From: Vicugna vicugna
Taxonomy: Eukaryota
Direction of reading: 5' to 3'
Length of the DNA: 64,000 nucleotides
NCBI GenBank assembly: GCA_013265495.1
Contig: MU057632.1
Span: 914,054-978,053, forward strand
The notes below the pieces were generated by a model. The model made no database searches, had not been told where the DNA came from, and worked only from the letters and a program-made list of their open reading frames with translations. Position 1 is the first letter of the stretch. Each line of letters begins with the position of its first letter. A program made the position numbers and the translations under genes. Shown here piece by piece: positions 12,800 to 25,990 of the stretch.

Positions 12800-12940
12800 T
12801 GACTAGGTACCTCCAGAGAGGCTGTCAGAAATGCAGCCCATCTCAAACCTACTGAATTAAAATTAGGGGGCAGAGGGCCCAGAAATCTTTATTTAAACCA
12901 GCTCCTCAAATGATGTGTTTGCAGTGGCCTAGATTTTAAA
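12800..12940. mobile_element. MER5A-like hAT-Charlie fragment
   Basis: aaatgcag...acctactgaatt...ccccagaaatct..tttaaac.agctcctca..tgat. Confidence 0.55.
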
Positions 12941-13758
12941 GTACACAGATTTGAGTACAGCCTTCTCCAGCCCAGCAAGGGCAAGGAAGCACGACCTTGA
13001 ATTACTGCCCTGAGCTTAGCTTCCTCATCCGTCACATGATGACAGTACTAAGGTCGTCTGGATGATCCAATCTAAAACAAATACATAGCATATACACTTC
13101 CCCTGAGAACACTAGCACCTGACGGCAAGGATACTATATGCTCAGTAAACACTGGCCCCAAAATGTTCACCTCCCCAGTTGGTGATATTTTCAAACAGAG
13201 TGTCTTGCAGATCAACTCTCATTATTATATTATCACTGTCACAATGCCAACTTGGTCACATTTAGGCCATCCTATTCCCATTTTATCTTCAGGGAGAAAC
13301 GGGCACTTTCCGCCCTGCTCGCTATCCAAGGATTCTAACCCCTGTGATGTTTGAGAATGAAGACTGATGGAGCTCCCCTTGCTAACCACCATTGGTGTTA
13401 TCAGCACATGTAGGCGCGAGGTCTCCCTCCACTAATGGAATGCAACAGAGTCAAAAGATGCACTGAGAACACGGCAGGTAATTAATCAATGCCTGAGAAA
13501 CCAAACTGATCAATTCCCATTTCCTCCTTGGAACGCCTTCCCTTTTTTAATTCTGTGTTGCTTTGAAATAATGAGTGGGAATTTTCATAACTTGAAGGAG
13601 TCCCTCAAGGTTATTTAAAAAAATATTTTGCCAATATCCTTGTTTTAAAAAGAAATATCTGGTCATTCTTTTATCCATTAGCATGGGCTTTTAAATTCTT
13701 TTCCAGTGCCTTAGTGTATTTTCCTCAAAGGGAATACCAAAATTTCAATCCTTTGTCC

Positions 13759-13851
13759 TTTTTTTTTTTCTAAAATGGAGGTACTGGGGATTGAACCCAG
13801 GATCTTGTACATGCTCAGCATGCACTTAACCACTGAGCTATACCCTCCCCC
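13759..13851 (-). mobile_element. Vic-1-type SINE
   Basis: ggaggtactggggattgaacccagg...cactgagctataccctcccc; flanked by ttgtcctttttt direct repeats. Confidence 0.85.
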
Positions 13852-15555
13852 ACCTTCCTTGTCCTTTTTTTAACTTTTCAAATAGTCTGTAGGGTAGAAT
13901 TTGCCCCAACAAATAAAAGGTATCAGATACGTGCTCCAAAATATGTTTTAAAATAATGTGCTATTTTTGGAAGAATAAATAATAAATAAAATAATAAAAA
14001 CACTAAGATAAAAAGTATACAGTAACAGAATTATGTTGATGCTTCTGTAAGAGAATTTAGTGGATCAAACTACACAATATCCCCAAAACACATGTCTCTA
14101 AGAAGATTATCCATCATTATGACCTACTTCCATAATCAGGCTCTACCTTGATATTTTACTTAAAAATGGATGTGGAATATACACAATTTATGCTTAACTG
14201 CTGCAGTGGCATGGATAAAATATTGACCTAAAAATAATCAAATCTCCCAGCAAAGGAATGAATATATGAATAAAGTAAAACATGCTTTTCCCTGGAAAAT
14301 AAAGCTGGTGTACAAAATAATAAATTCTGAAAAAAACAAGTAGTTGGGAATAACTTACACCACATAAAAATAAATGTCATTCAAGCACATTAAATAATCA
14401 AGTTACTGAAATAATCACCTAGTCAGAAAGTTTGGGCTGACACAAATAATTGGCACATAAAGAGAAAAGCAATTTTAAATTCAAACTAGCCAGCAAGATA
14501 AAAAAGAAATATGAAATTGAAATTCTTCTCTAGAATAACTGAAATAAAATCTGAGAAATTCCTAATAACTAAAATAAGCTGGTGGAAATTGTTTTTAGTT
14601 CTTTCTAATTATTTTGCAAGACTCGAAATAATCTCATCCTGAAATAATGTGATTAGAAGGGAGAACTTGTAAAGGAGGATCATAGAAGAGTCGTATCTTC
14701 TAGTATCTGTATGGGAATTGTAAGTAACAAATAATCAGGTTTTATAGTGTGAGAATCCAGGCCACATTTGGTTTATTACAACTTATGGATGCTTCTTGAC
14801 ACTATATGAGTAGGTAGTCATAAAGGAATGATTAGAAGCCGTTACTGTTTTACTGCAACTATCACAAGCTAACAGAGAAGAACTGTCCATTTTCAACAGT
14901 TTGCAGTGAGTGAAAGAAATATAGTTTACTCAGTTTTTGGAGGAAAAAAATCAAATAAAAGCCCAACTGCAAAAAATGAGCAGTAATCACAGATGCTCAC
15001 CTAAGCTCTTTCTGCTCTATTAGGAACCCAAGTCTTATGTGAAAGACATGAACAAAGAAATACTTAAACACATACAGTTTTCTAACACTAGAAGTTTCTT
15101 ACTATTTTTTATATTGAATAGCTCTGAGCAGTAGGGAATGTGTAATGATATTATTTCCACTTTACAAGTAGAAAAGTCAGTTCAGGGAAGCTGTGATTTT
15201 TTCCCCCCCAAGTCATAAGGCTGCAACTCAGACCACAACGCCCCAACTCCCAGTGCGCCGCTGTTATGATCATCCCAAACATGGCCATTTCTTACACTCA
15301 GTGGAAGTCATCCGCTCTACGGTGATGCCTCACAGATAATGTCTTATAAGAGCACATCAACATGAATGGTTCTTTGACCAAGTGTGAATTTACACCAGTA
15401 AGTTCAACTTATCAAAGATCACTTGAGAGCTTCCTGAAGTCAAGAGGGGATAAACAGAGAATAATTAAAAACAATTCTGGAAAAATTTCAAATGTGGAGG
15501 AAACATGGGTGAATTTTTTCAACGGTGGTAATGAAAAGAGAGCAATAATTATGCT

Positions 15556-15983
15556 ACGAGTGATATCATGTGCTATTTGTCTTTCTCTTTTTGGCTTACT
15601 TCACTTTGAATGATGATCTCCAGGTGCATCCATGTTGCTGCAAATGGCATTATTTTGTTCTTTCTAATGGCTGATTAGTATCCCATTGTATAAATATACC
15701 ACAGCTTCTTTATCCAGTCATCCGTTGATGGACATTTAGGTTGCTTCCATGTCTTGGCTATTGCATATAGTGCTGCTATGAACATTGGGATGCATGTGTC
15801 TTTTTGAATCATGGTTCTCTCTGGATATATACCCAGAAGCGGGATTGCTGGATCATATGGTAAGTCTAATTATAGTTTTTTGAGGAACCTCCATACTGTT
15901 TTCCATAGTGGCTGCACCTAAATACATTCCTAGAATTGACTGTACTTCAATTAAAATGTTTTAAAAAATAAATTTAAAGGAAT
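15556..15983. mobile_element. 5'-inverted (twin-primed) L1 insertion
   Basis: Antisense ORF2 3' segment 15556-15930 joined to a sense 3' terminus gactgtacttcaattaaaa + A-rich tail; TSD aataattatgct at 15544-15555 and 15984-15995. Confidence 0.8.
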
Positions 15984-16530
15984 AATAATTATGCTCTGGT
16001 ACTGACCTTAATGAGTTAATTTAATGTCATAAAATGATCTCGAATTATCGCACCCAAGATATGAATATTAAAGAGAGAACATTATACTCACAGAGGAAAT
16101 TAAGATCTCAATAATGCATATGATGCTAAAACTAAAGAAGGAAGGAATACTTAACACACACACACACATCTTGCAATTAATATAATCTGGTCAGTTTGGT
16201 TCATTTCAAAAATAAGGAGTAAAAATAATGATAATGGTGTGGTGGAGAAGTAATTTATGAAGATATTAATCTGTGAGGTTTTTTGTCTCTGGATTATGTA
16301 GCCATTTTCAAATCAGGCTAACTACTCTCTATTTCTTTCTCTTGGGGATTTTTTGTAAGATAAAGGACTATAGATTTTAACAGGGAAATCCTGCAAGATT
16401 CCTGAAAGACTGGAAGTTGGCTTCTAGAAGCCTTGAAGACAGCAGAGACACACACATAGCTGGCTGCTGACGCCCTGGGTATTTGGCAAAGCCTTTAAGG
16501 GGATGGGTGTGTGTGGACCCAGGGAGGATG

Positions 16531-17182
16531 TGTAAGGGTGAATATAACTTTAGAAAAATGAAGTAAAAAGAGGTATAGTTCTCCCTGTTGAAAGCAAGGG
16601 AAGATTTCTCTCTCCTACGTTTTTTAGAGCATTTACTTTGGAAAGCTTAAAAGTTCTTTCTCTGTCTCTTTGAAATGTATGTAAATTTTTCCCAAAGCTA
16701 CAAATCCTCTGGCCAGCCTGGACTCAGTGATGTGTTTCCCGATGACAGTGCTTTGGAGTGCAGCCGTGGAGGACAACAGCGCCCTCTCTCGGTTTCTGGC
16801 TGAAGGTAGGAGGCTGACTTCCTCCAAGTTGAGAGGTGATGGGAACTTTATTTTGTCTTTGGACAAAGCCAGAGAGCTAACACAGACGGTCACCCCAAAT
16901 ACCAGATGAAGTTAGGTTGGACTACATGTGACAAATGGCGCTATCAAGTCCTCTTTCTTGCGGACTAATCACTGTTTATCTTGAGGACACATTTGCAATG
17001 AGCTACCTGAGCTCTGCTGTATGCAGGGGGAGATTTCTGTCTTTCTCATGCCTTGCTGGTGAAGCACATCACATTCTGGTTTAAAGCTTATTCAACAATA
17101 AAACTGTTTTCTTTCTCCACTACTTTTGTGAAGAGGTTTCCTGGGTTGAGAACACGATTCTGTTTTTAATTGTATCTCCCAC
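16531..17182 (+). mobile_element. ERV1 solo LTR (MER34/MER4-group-like)
   Basis: ctctttgaaatgtatgtaaat, ggtaggaggctgacttc, caataaaactgttttctttctc; TG start and CA end. Confidence 0.65.
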
Positions 17183-18417
17183 AAACTGGACCAGAAGCAG
17201 AGAACTCCTGCCACAATCCGAGCATGGCACCTGGCCTTGTAATAGACTCTGTGGTTACTGAGTGGGCTTGGGGTCTATACGATGCTTTGGTAGTGAATAC
17301 ATGAGGTGCGTATCTGGGACTTGGGGATATCACAAGGATTAAACCTCAGTGATTCCTGAGACTGGATTTCCTTTTGGCCTCATAGGATGAAACCTTACAG
17401 TCAGAATTAAGTAAGTGGAAGTTGAGATGATTCAAGTGATTTCAAGTACTCTGTGCACAGTTAATGCCACTAAAACTTGGGAAATAGAACACAGTTTGGC
17501 AGAATATTTGCATACAAGACAGTACACCCAAATGAAAGGGAAAGAAAACCTGCACTGCATGTACTGGTATTAGCCCAGAGCAGGACAGAGTGCAGACCAC
17601 AGTTGGAGAAGCAGAATTGAAGCTCATAAATCAGAGGTGACCTGGTGTCTCTTCTTTTTGGTGACAAGAAACAAACACAAGGTATTAATGTCAATAACAC
17701 CATTCTTAAACATCAAAAGAGCTGGAAAAAATATTTCTGGAGAAGGGGTGTTATGCTTTGGGGCAGGCAGCTCCTACCCACCAGGAGGGAAGTTAGAAGA
17801 TACTTGGTACAGGCAGAGGAACTTTGAGAAGGAATCTTGGATATTTAATCTCAAAATGACACCCAGAGAAGGGAGCCAGAATCATGTTCCTGATAAATAT
17901 CAGAACATTGATTTTAGTCAGAATGCTACATATGAATGAAACTTGATGGAAGAAAGAAAATAAGGAAATCTAAGCATTTATATACATTTCATATCTTTTC
18001 CCACTATTGCGAAGCAACTACCTCACACTCAAAAGAGGAAAGAAGGGGTGTTAGCATTTAGAGCTTTCTAATACTCTGTAACTAGACAAAGATGATTCCT
18101 TCTGAACGCACCTGAAAACTCCTTCCCATCCTTTTTAACTTGTGATATGTCACAATTGATCAATTTTAATGCAATTTTAATAATTTAAGATTGAAACCAG
18201 GGATATGCATGATAATGAGTATATTGTCAAGGAAATAGGTTTCTGTTTTGCTTTGTGATAAAATATAGATACCTTCTTGTCACAATAACAAGTGTGAATT
18301 GCTAATCATACATTTAGTTTTAAAATTTACACACCAAACTTCTTATGATAATTTCAATTATTAAGCAAAAGGAACTCCAGTTGGACTACGTATCCAGGAA
18401 CACAAATAAAATAATCA

Positions 18418-18495
18418 TGGATATATATACACATATATATATATACACACATACATGCATATACATATACACATACATATATACATTCATATAAA
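18418..18495. repeat. (TA/CA)n low-complexity repeat
   Basis: Direct observation. Confidence 0.85.
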
Positions 18496-18747
18496 TTCTT
18501 TTAGTAGTTTATATATTATATTATATTAAAATTACTTAATTATTATTTTACATTAATGTTACATGTTGTTATGTATGTGTAATATATAGTTTGTTGATGT
18601 TTATTATATGCCAAATATTTTGCTGAATCTTTGATATGTAACCATCTTATTTAATGTACACAAGCCAATGAAAAATATATTCTCTCACTCTCACACATGT
18701 ACTAACAATCACACACACACTTTTAGTAAGGTAAATAGTGTATAAAA

Positions 18748-19864
18748 ATAAACAAATGGGACTTCATTACATTTACAAGCTTTTGCACAGCAAAGGAGCC
18801 CATAAACAAAATGAAAAGACACCCTACAGACTGGGAGAAAATATTTGCAAACAATGTAAGAGATAAGGGCTTAATTTCCAGAATATTCAAAGAACTCATA
18901 AAATTCAATAACAAAAAAACTAAACCACCCAATAAAAAACTGGGCAGAAGACCTAAACAAACATTTCTCCAATGAAGACATATAGATAGCCAATGGGCAT
19001 ATGAAAAGATGCCTCTAATTCTCAAATTATCAGAGAAATGCAAATCAAAACTACAATGAGGTATCACCTCACACCAGTCAGGATGACCATCATTAAAACA
19101 TTCAGCAATAATAAATGCTGGAGAGGGTGTGGAGAAAAGGGAACCCTCTTACACTGTTGGTGGGAATGTAAATTGGTGAAGCCATTATGGAAAATAGTAT
19201 GGAGATTCCTTACAAAACTGAAAATACCCTTACCATATGATCCAGCAATCACACTCTTGGGCAAACATCAGGAGAAAACTAATTTGAAAAGACAACTGCA
19301 CCTCAATGTTCATAGCAGCACTATTTACAATAGCCAGGGCATGGAAACACTACCAAAATGTTCATCAACAGATGACTGGATAAAGAAGATATGGTGTATA
19401 TATACAATGGAATATTACTCAGCCATAAAGAAGAATGAAATAATGCCATTTGCAGTAACATGGATGGACATGGGGATTATCATACTAAGTGAAGTGAGCC
19501 AGACAAACACAAATATATGATATCACATTTCATAGGAAAGTTAACAAGAAAATGGCAAAATGAACTTATTTGCAAAACAGAAACAGACTCACAGACATAC
19601 AAAACAAACTTATGGTTACCAAAGGGGAAAGCATAGGAGGAGGGATAAATAAATTGGGAGTTTGGGATTAGCAGAAACAAACTACTAAACATAAAATAGA
19701 CAAACAATAAAGTCCTACTGTATAGCACAAGAAAATATATTCAATATCTTTTAATAGCCTATAATGAAAAAGAATAAATATATATACATGTATATATAAC
19801 TGAATCACTGTGCTGTACACCAGAAACTAACACAATGTAAATCAAATATACTTCAATAAAAAAA
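18748..19864 (+). mobile_element. 5'-truncated L1 (ORF2 C-terminal region + 3' UTR)
   Basis: ORF 19038-19520 [16 protein letters not shown]...[21 protein letters not shown]...[11 protein letters not shown] is L1 ORF2p; agtgtataaaa direct repeat on both sides. Confidence 0.93.
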
Positions 19865-19961
19865 GATACAGTGTATAAAATTAATAATGCAATGAGACCA
19901 ATTGCTCATTTTCTTCCACTGAGGGCTGATTTGTAGTACTATTCAAAAGATTGTCCTAAAC

Positions 19962-20248
19962 GAGGGTCATCAACCTGCAGCCTGTGGTCCAAATCCTGTC
20001 TGCCATGCCTTTTTGAATTAATTAAGATTAATAAATTAAGATTAATAATTACATTTTTAATGGCAAGAAAAAAAAATCAAAAGAAGAATATTTTGTGACA
20101 AGTGAAAATTACGTAACATTCCAGTAAAGTTAGACTTCATCAGGCGTATCTATCCATTTACACAGATTTAAATAGTTTTTAAAGAACTTAAGGCCCACAA
20201 AGCCTAAAATATTTACCATCTGGCCTTTTTATAGACAACTGACCCCTA
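19962..20248 (-). mobile_element. MER58B-like hAT-Charlie MITE
   Basis: ggcccacaaagcctaaaatatttaccatctggcct...gacccct terminal sequence. Confidence 0.75.
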
Positions 20249-20427
20249 CAGAGTAGGGATATTTTGAAACTTAAATAATTATCTATAATGTAATGATACA
20301 GGGGTTTTGAAAGAGTAAGTCATGTGGTTATGAATCCTTAGCAATGCATTCTGGGTTGTATCATCTAAATAGAACATAGAAAAGCTGTCTTCAGTCTGCT
20401 TCCAGTTATCTTGTTTCTTACAGTGTC

Positions 20428-20893
20428 TTTTTTTTAAATTGAAGTATTGTCAGTTTACAATGTTGTGTCAATTTCTGGTGCACAGCATCATGTTTCAGTC
20501 ATACATGTACATACATATATTCCTTGTCATATTCTTTTTTATTATAGGTTACTACAAGATATTGAATATAGTTCCCTGTGCTATACAGTAGGACCTTGTT
20601 GCTTTCCTATTTTATATATAGTAGTATCTGAAAATCTCAAACTCCCAATTTATCCCTTCCTACTCCATCTCCCTGCTGGTAACCAAAAGTTTATCTTCTA
20701 TGTCTGTGAGCCTATTTCTGTTTTATAAATAAGTTCATTTGTATCATTTTTTTTTAGATTCCACACATAAGTGGTATCATATGGTATTTGTCTTTTTCTG
20801 GCTTACTTCACTTAGAAGGACAATCTCCAGGCCCATCCATGCTCCTGCAAAAGGCATTATTTTATTCTTTTTTGTGGCTGAGTAGTATTCCAT
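20428..20893 (-). mobile_element. L1 3' end, opposite orientation to the 18748-19864 copy
   Basis: poly-T + aaattgaagta...gatattgaatatagttccctgtgctatacagtagg...ggctgagtagtattccat. Confidence 0.9.
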
Positions 20894-22967
20894 GACAGTA
20901 TCTCTTGATCAAATTCTCTCATTTGCTTTTTATGAAATCTCAACTTATGCTTGGAATTACAGATTCTGATGTGACACTATCCCCCTCAACATTTGCCTGG
21001 ACACATCTTGATGACTTTTGTTAGTAACCAAACAAGAATTCCCACAGTCCACATTAAGAAGTCAAGGGGCCTGGAGGCTGCCCACTGCATCTGTACAAAC
21101 CTGAAGGTAGAGAGAGTTCAAATGGCTGCCAATTGTTTGAAGATGGGTTGGGCTTGTGCCTAAACTCAGACACTCTTGCCTTCACTCTTGTCTTCCTTGC
21201 TCTAGTCCAGACTGCCTTAGTGGTCATTTTAGCAATGTCACCAGAAATGACATTAAGTGGGAATAGAAAAAGATTTATATGCTCCCTAAACAAAAATATA
21301 GAGCAATTATATAGTTACAGTCTGTCATTAAAAATCACTTCTGCTAGCCATATTTTCTCCTTCTAAAATATGTTTAAACATAGTGTTTATATCTGTATCA
21401 CAGTTTAGAATTAAATATTTCAAAGATACTATCATTTTTAAGGCTTTCTGTGAATACAAACAAAAAATCAGGTTCGGAAGAGAGCATCTTAATACAGACA
21501 AGACTATGTGTGATCTAGCTGCAGGTGTAGGAAGTTATTTGTATTGCACAATATAAATTAAATGAAATTAATTTCACAGTTGAATCAAAAGTAGGAGATT
21601 AGATATTTCTACAGCCAATTGCTTAAGTTGTAGAATTAGTTACACAGTTTTAACTTTCTGAAATAAAATTAAAATGAAATAACTCCTACAGAATGCCTTA
21701 AAAATCATAAAAGCATGTGGCAACTTATGGGAAAACACTATATTAACATGCATTATATATTTTTTTGCTTAAATATTTTCTAATTTATTAACCAGTGATC
21801 TAAGTGGGGAAACACTTTTCTATAGCACACTGACAAAGCTAAATAAAGACAATCTCAAATGTTTGGAACAAATATAATCACTTTGTAAATCTCACTTGAT
21901 ATTGTATTTAAATTGGCTTATAAGGGATGACAAAAATACTGTTTGCATTATGTATCTGGGTCACATACTTCTAAAAATAAGCTCCTTATAATAAAAGAGT
22001 GAATTTAAAAAACAGATGAAATCACTTTCTAATAATACCACGCTTTGCCAGTAACAAGTTATTTATTTTATGCCTCTCGAAGAAAATCAATGACTATAAT
22101 AATATAAAGTATTTGACTCTCAACCAAATTCATATGTCTCCCAAAGATACAAATTGAAGTGAAGGAATTCATTTCAATTAATAATAAAGGACACACCAGG
22201 AAGTGTATGATTAAGGAGCATTCATGAGATGGAAACTGGATTACTTGCAAATCTGGAATGAATTGTCCCAAACATTACAATCTATCTTCTCCCTTCCTTC
22301 CTGGAGGTACCATGCGCTGCTGAGGTTGGTTCTGATTTGGACTTGGATAAGCTGAAAAGCTTGTGGGGAGCCTTCGCTGGTTCTTTTCAATTCAAGTGTC
22401 TCCCAGAGACTTGTGTGAGGATGAAGGGGACCAGATATCTCTCCCACACCATGTCATCTGCAGATTGGAGGAGGCCACGCCTGAGGCCAGGAGTTTGCTA
22501 AGACAGCCTCATGTAATAACTAAGTGATTTGTTTTAGGAGAGAGAGATCCTAAACTACAAAATTACATATGAGCATTGCAAACACTGGGATTTTAAAAAA
22601 ACTTAACCGAGGAAGAAAAAGCACAGTGAAGCCCTGTTCATTCATTCACTCACGTTCACAGAGTGCTGTTGTATGGGCAGCATCGTGGTAAATGGTGACC
22701 AAGGCACCAAGGAAAATGAAAGACAGCCCATGCCATCCAAGAGGTTAGAACAAGAGAAGGAATTAACACATGCCTGCAAATAAAATATGAGATTGCACAT
22801 TCCCTTTAAAATCTGTCAGCATCAGCAGAGATTGTTTCTAACCAGAGAACTTGTCTTGCAAGAAGTTAATCAAGTGATCTTACTTTGAAATTCACAAGCT
22901 TTGTGGCAGGTCCCTTGGATTTTCAAACACATCATAGCAACATTAAAAAAAAAATCTTTTTAGAGAC

Positions 22968-23067
22968 TTTTGTTTATTTGTTTGTATTTTTAACGGAGGT
23001 ACTGGAGATTGAACCCAGGACCTCGTGCATGCTAAGCATGCGCTCTACCCCTGAGCTATACCAACCC
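22968..23067 (-). mobile_element. Vic-1-type SINE
   Basis: ggaggtactggagattgaacccaggacctcgtgcatgctaagcatgcgctctacc.ctgagctata. Confidence 0.85.
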
Positions 23068-24465
23068 ATCGTCAATATTTTAATGTTATAAAAAAAATCA
23101 CTAAACTTTTTTGGCCAGACTTTCCATCCCTATTTGTAAAAAATTTTTTCCTGTAACAACTAAATGACTATCAGTGTGGGTATGAGACATAATACAAAGT
23201 TGGAAATTACCTCCTAGAACATTCCAAAAACGCTAAGCTAATAAAAAGACAAATTATAAAAGTGTATTTTTGGTTCGTTTGCACTTACTAAATTGTGCCA
23301 AGTCAAATTCTAATTCTCTCACTTTCTCTACCCATCACAATACTTTCCTTCACTAGCGAGAAACTCTTGTTTACATAATCCAAATATTTTTCTTTTCAAA
23401 AGAATTCAAGACATGTTAGAGAATAATTACTTCAGTTATTCATCTGATGTTTGATGTAGTAATAGTTCATAAAATATTCCCATTATTAAAAAACATACTA
23501 CAGATTACATTATCTTTGTCTGTGTATGTGATTTAAGGCAAAGAGTGAAAAGACCAAAAAGTATCTTGTAGTGAGCATTTATTTATACAGCATTAATCAC
23601 TCACTTAAGTTGTTTTAAAAATGGTCTCTGGTATTATAATATCATTGCACATTGGATGTATGTTTTCTCACTACAGTGATTACGATCCAACCTCATTACT
23701 GGAGTTCACTTGTGAACCAATCAACCCAGTAAGAGTTAGGGGTGACAAGAACTCAAGATGAGATTTTTCAAGGTTATATAAGGAAAAAAAAGTACTAAAT
23801 TTTTGAAGATATTCACCAGAAAGAGTATTTTAAAATCTTTCATGTTGACTATTCTAGAATAAAATAAACTTTAAAAGTTATCCATGTAGAATCTTGTCAG
23901 CATAAAGACTCAGTTTTTAAATTGGGGGAAGATTTATCAATCTATTTAAGGCCTTTTTGTCTAAAAGTTCAACATTATCAAACTTACTCAACAAAATTTC
24001 AGTTCAAGAAGGCACTCACCTAATCCTCCAAATACTACAAAAATACAAAAGTTAAGAATGAAACCTGGATATGTTCTGTGAAACAGGGTTAGATTTCACT
24101 AATAGGTTAAAAACTCAGGAATTTTTGGAAGACACGATCCAGATAAGAATCAAGTAAGACAAAGATCAGTCCAGGATCCAACAGAGACACAGGGCAGGCT
24201 GGGAGCGACTGGGGCCCCAGGAGCGCCCACGCTGAGGAACACATGGTGGTGCAGCAAGGGTGGGCTGGGGGCCCGCAGGTGAGGGCGGAAGGGGCCTCTG
24301 AAACCGTGCCATGGCTCTGTGCAAGGTCCTGGGGCTCCAAATTTTATTCCTCGCTTTAACATGCAAATATGGCAGGACTTTGCCCAGTGAAATTCTCAAG
24401 GTAGGAGGATTGTTTTGAGCAGAGAAGTTCCTTGCCCTGCCAACATGCAGCTGACACCACAAACA

Positions 24466-24865
24466 CTGGTTAATGCCATGTGTCAACCTGACAACCAGAT
24501 ACTTGGTCAACTATTATTTCTGGGTGTGACTGTGAGGTGGCATTTGAATTGGTAGATGGGGTAAAGTGGGAGACCCTCCCCAATGTCCCTGCTGAGGGCC
24601 TGAATAGAACAAAAAAGCGAAAGGAGTTCTCTGTCTGTTTGAACTGGGCCCCGGTCTTTTCCTGCCCGGAGATCAGGGCTTACACCATTGGCCCCTCTGG
24701 TTCTCAGGCTCTCTGGCTTGGACCAGGAGTACACCCCTGGCTTTTCTGTGTCTTATGACTGCAGACAGCATTTCCTGGGACTTCTCAGCCTCCACAGCTG
24801 CATAAGCCGTTTCCTTATCCTCCATCATATATATTGGTTCTGCTTCTCTAGAAAACCCTAGTACA
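24466..24865 (+). mobile_element. MLT2-type (ERVL) LTR
   Basis: ggttaat..atgtgtcaacctgac...gagggcctgaatagaacaaaaa...ggacttctcagcctcca...attggttctgcttctctagaaaaccct. Confidence 0.85.
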
Positions 24866-24869
24866 GTCC

Positions 24870-25990
24870 CATGTCTTGAAAGTGCCTGTCTAAGCCAGGC
24901 ACTGCTGTTGGCACTGAGAATACTGCAGAAAGTAAAACAAAGCCCCCTCTTCACAGGGCTCACGTTGAACAAATAAACAGATAGGTATTTTTTGGAGGGG
25001 AAAGTATCATGGAGAAAAATTGGGGAGGGAGCTCAGTGGTAGCGTACCTAGCATGCACAAGGTCCCGGGTTCAATCCCCAGTACGTCCATTAAAAAGATA
25101 ATGAATAAATAAATAAATAAACAAACAAACAAACCTAATTATTTACCCCTACCAAAAATATTAATTAATTTTTAAAAAGTGTGCAATAGCATTATGTCTA
25201 AGATATCTTTTAAAAAGAAAAATTAAACATAAAAAAATGGGAAAGGATATTGAGGTAAGGGAAGAGGCTGTAATTTTATATGGGGTGACTAGGGACGGCC
25301 CCTTTGATACAGTAATATTTGAGCAAAGACCAGAAGAGAGTTGAGGATTGAAGAATGGAAAGAGGGCTCCAGGAGAGGAAAAAGTTGTGCTAGGATGTAG
25401 GCAGACTTTTGTTTAGTATCTGGTGGGGCAGGAAGGTGGCAGCAAGCAAAAGGCAGTGGGCAAGTGGGAAATGATGGGGGATGATGAGCGTGTATGTGGG
25501 ACAGGGATCATGCAGAGTCTGGGTACCACTGTAAGGGTTTTCGTTTTCACTTTGAATGAGATGGGAAGCCATCATGGGGTTTTGAGCAGAGATGCGACAT
25601 GGTCTGTGTTACACTGTAAAATAATTATGCCAGCTAAGATTGGGCTTGGGGAGTGGCATTTTGAGGGCAGAAGGGAGAGGATCGTTAGCAAACCGATGCA
25701 ATAATTCAGACTAGCTGCTGTCTCGGAGCAGCCTGGAAAAAGAGGGGTTGTGAGAAGAGGTTGCCTTCTGGTTATACTGTGAAGACAGAGCCAACAGGAT
25801 TTCCTGATGGGTTGGTTATGAGATGTGAAGGGAAAAGGAGAAAGAGAGAGAGAGAGAGAGAGAGAGAAAAGTCAGGAGGATACTTAGATCTTTGGTTTGT
25901 GCTACATAAAGAATGGAGTTGCCATCCCCTGCAGTGAAGGAGACTGTGGGATAAGCTAGGCTGGAAGGTAAAAGTAGGATGTAGGGCGAA
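24870..25990 (-). mobile_element. L2 fragments interrupted by a SINE
   Basis: gccaggcactgctgttggcactgaga...tgagatgggaagccat...gagccaacaggatttcctgatgggttgg. Confidence 0.7.
25022..25160 (+). mobile_element. Vic-1-type SINE
   Basis: gctcagtggtag...aggtcccgggttcaatccccagtac + (aaat)n tail + cctaatta. Confidence 0.85.

Noticed and set aside
19038..19520. 160-aa ORF
   Set aside because: Frameshift-mosaic L1 ORF2 C-terminus in a truncated element.
22990..23067. tRNA-Ala-like sequences (also ~10270, 13780, 25025, 33510)
   Set aside because: They are SINE heads with A-rich tails and TSDs, not tRNA genes.
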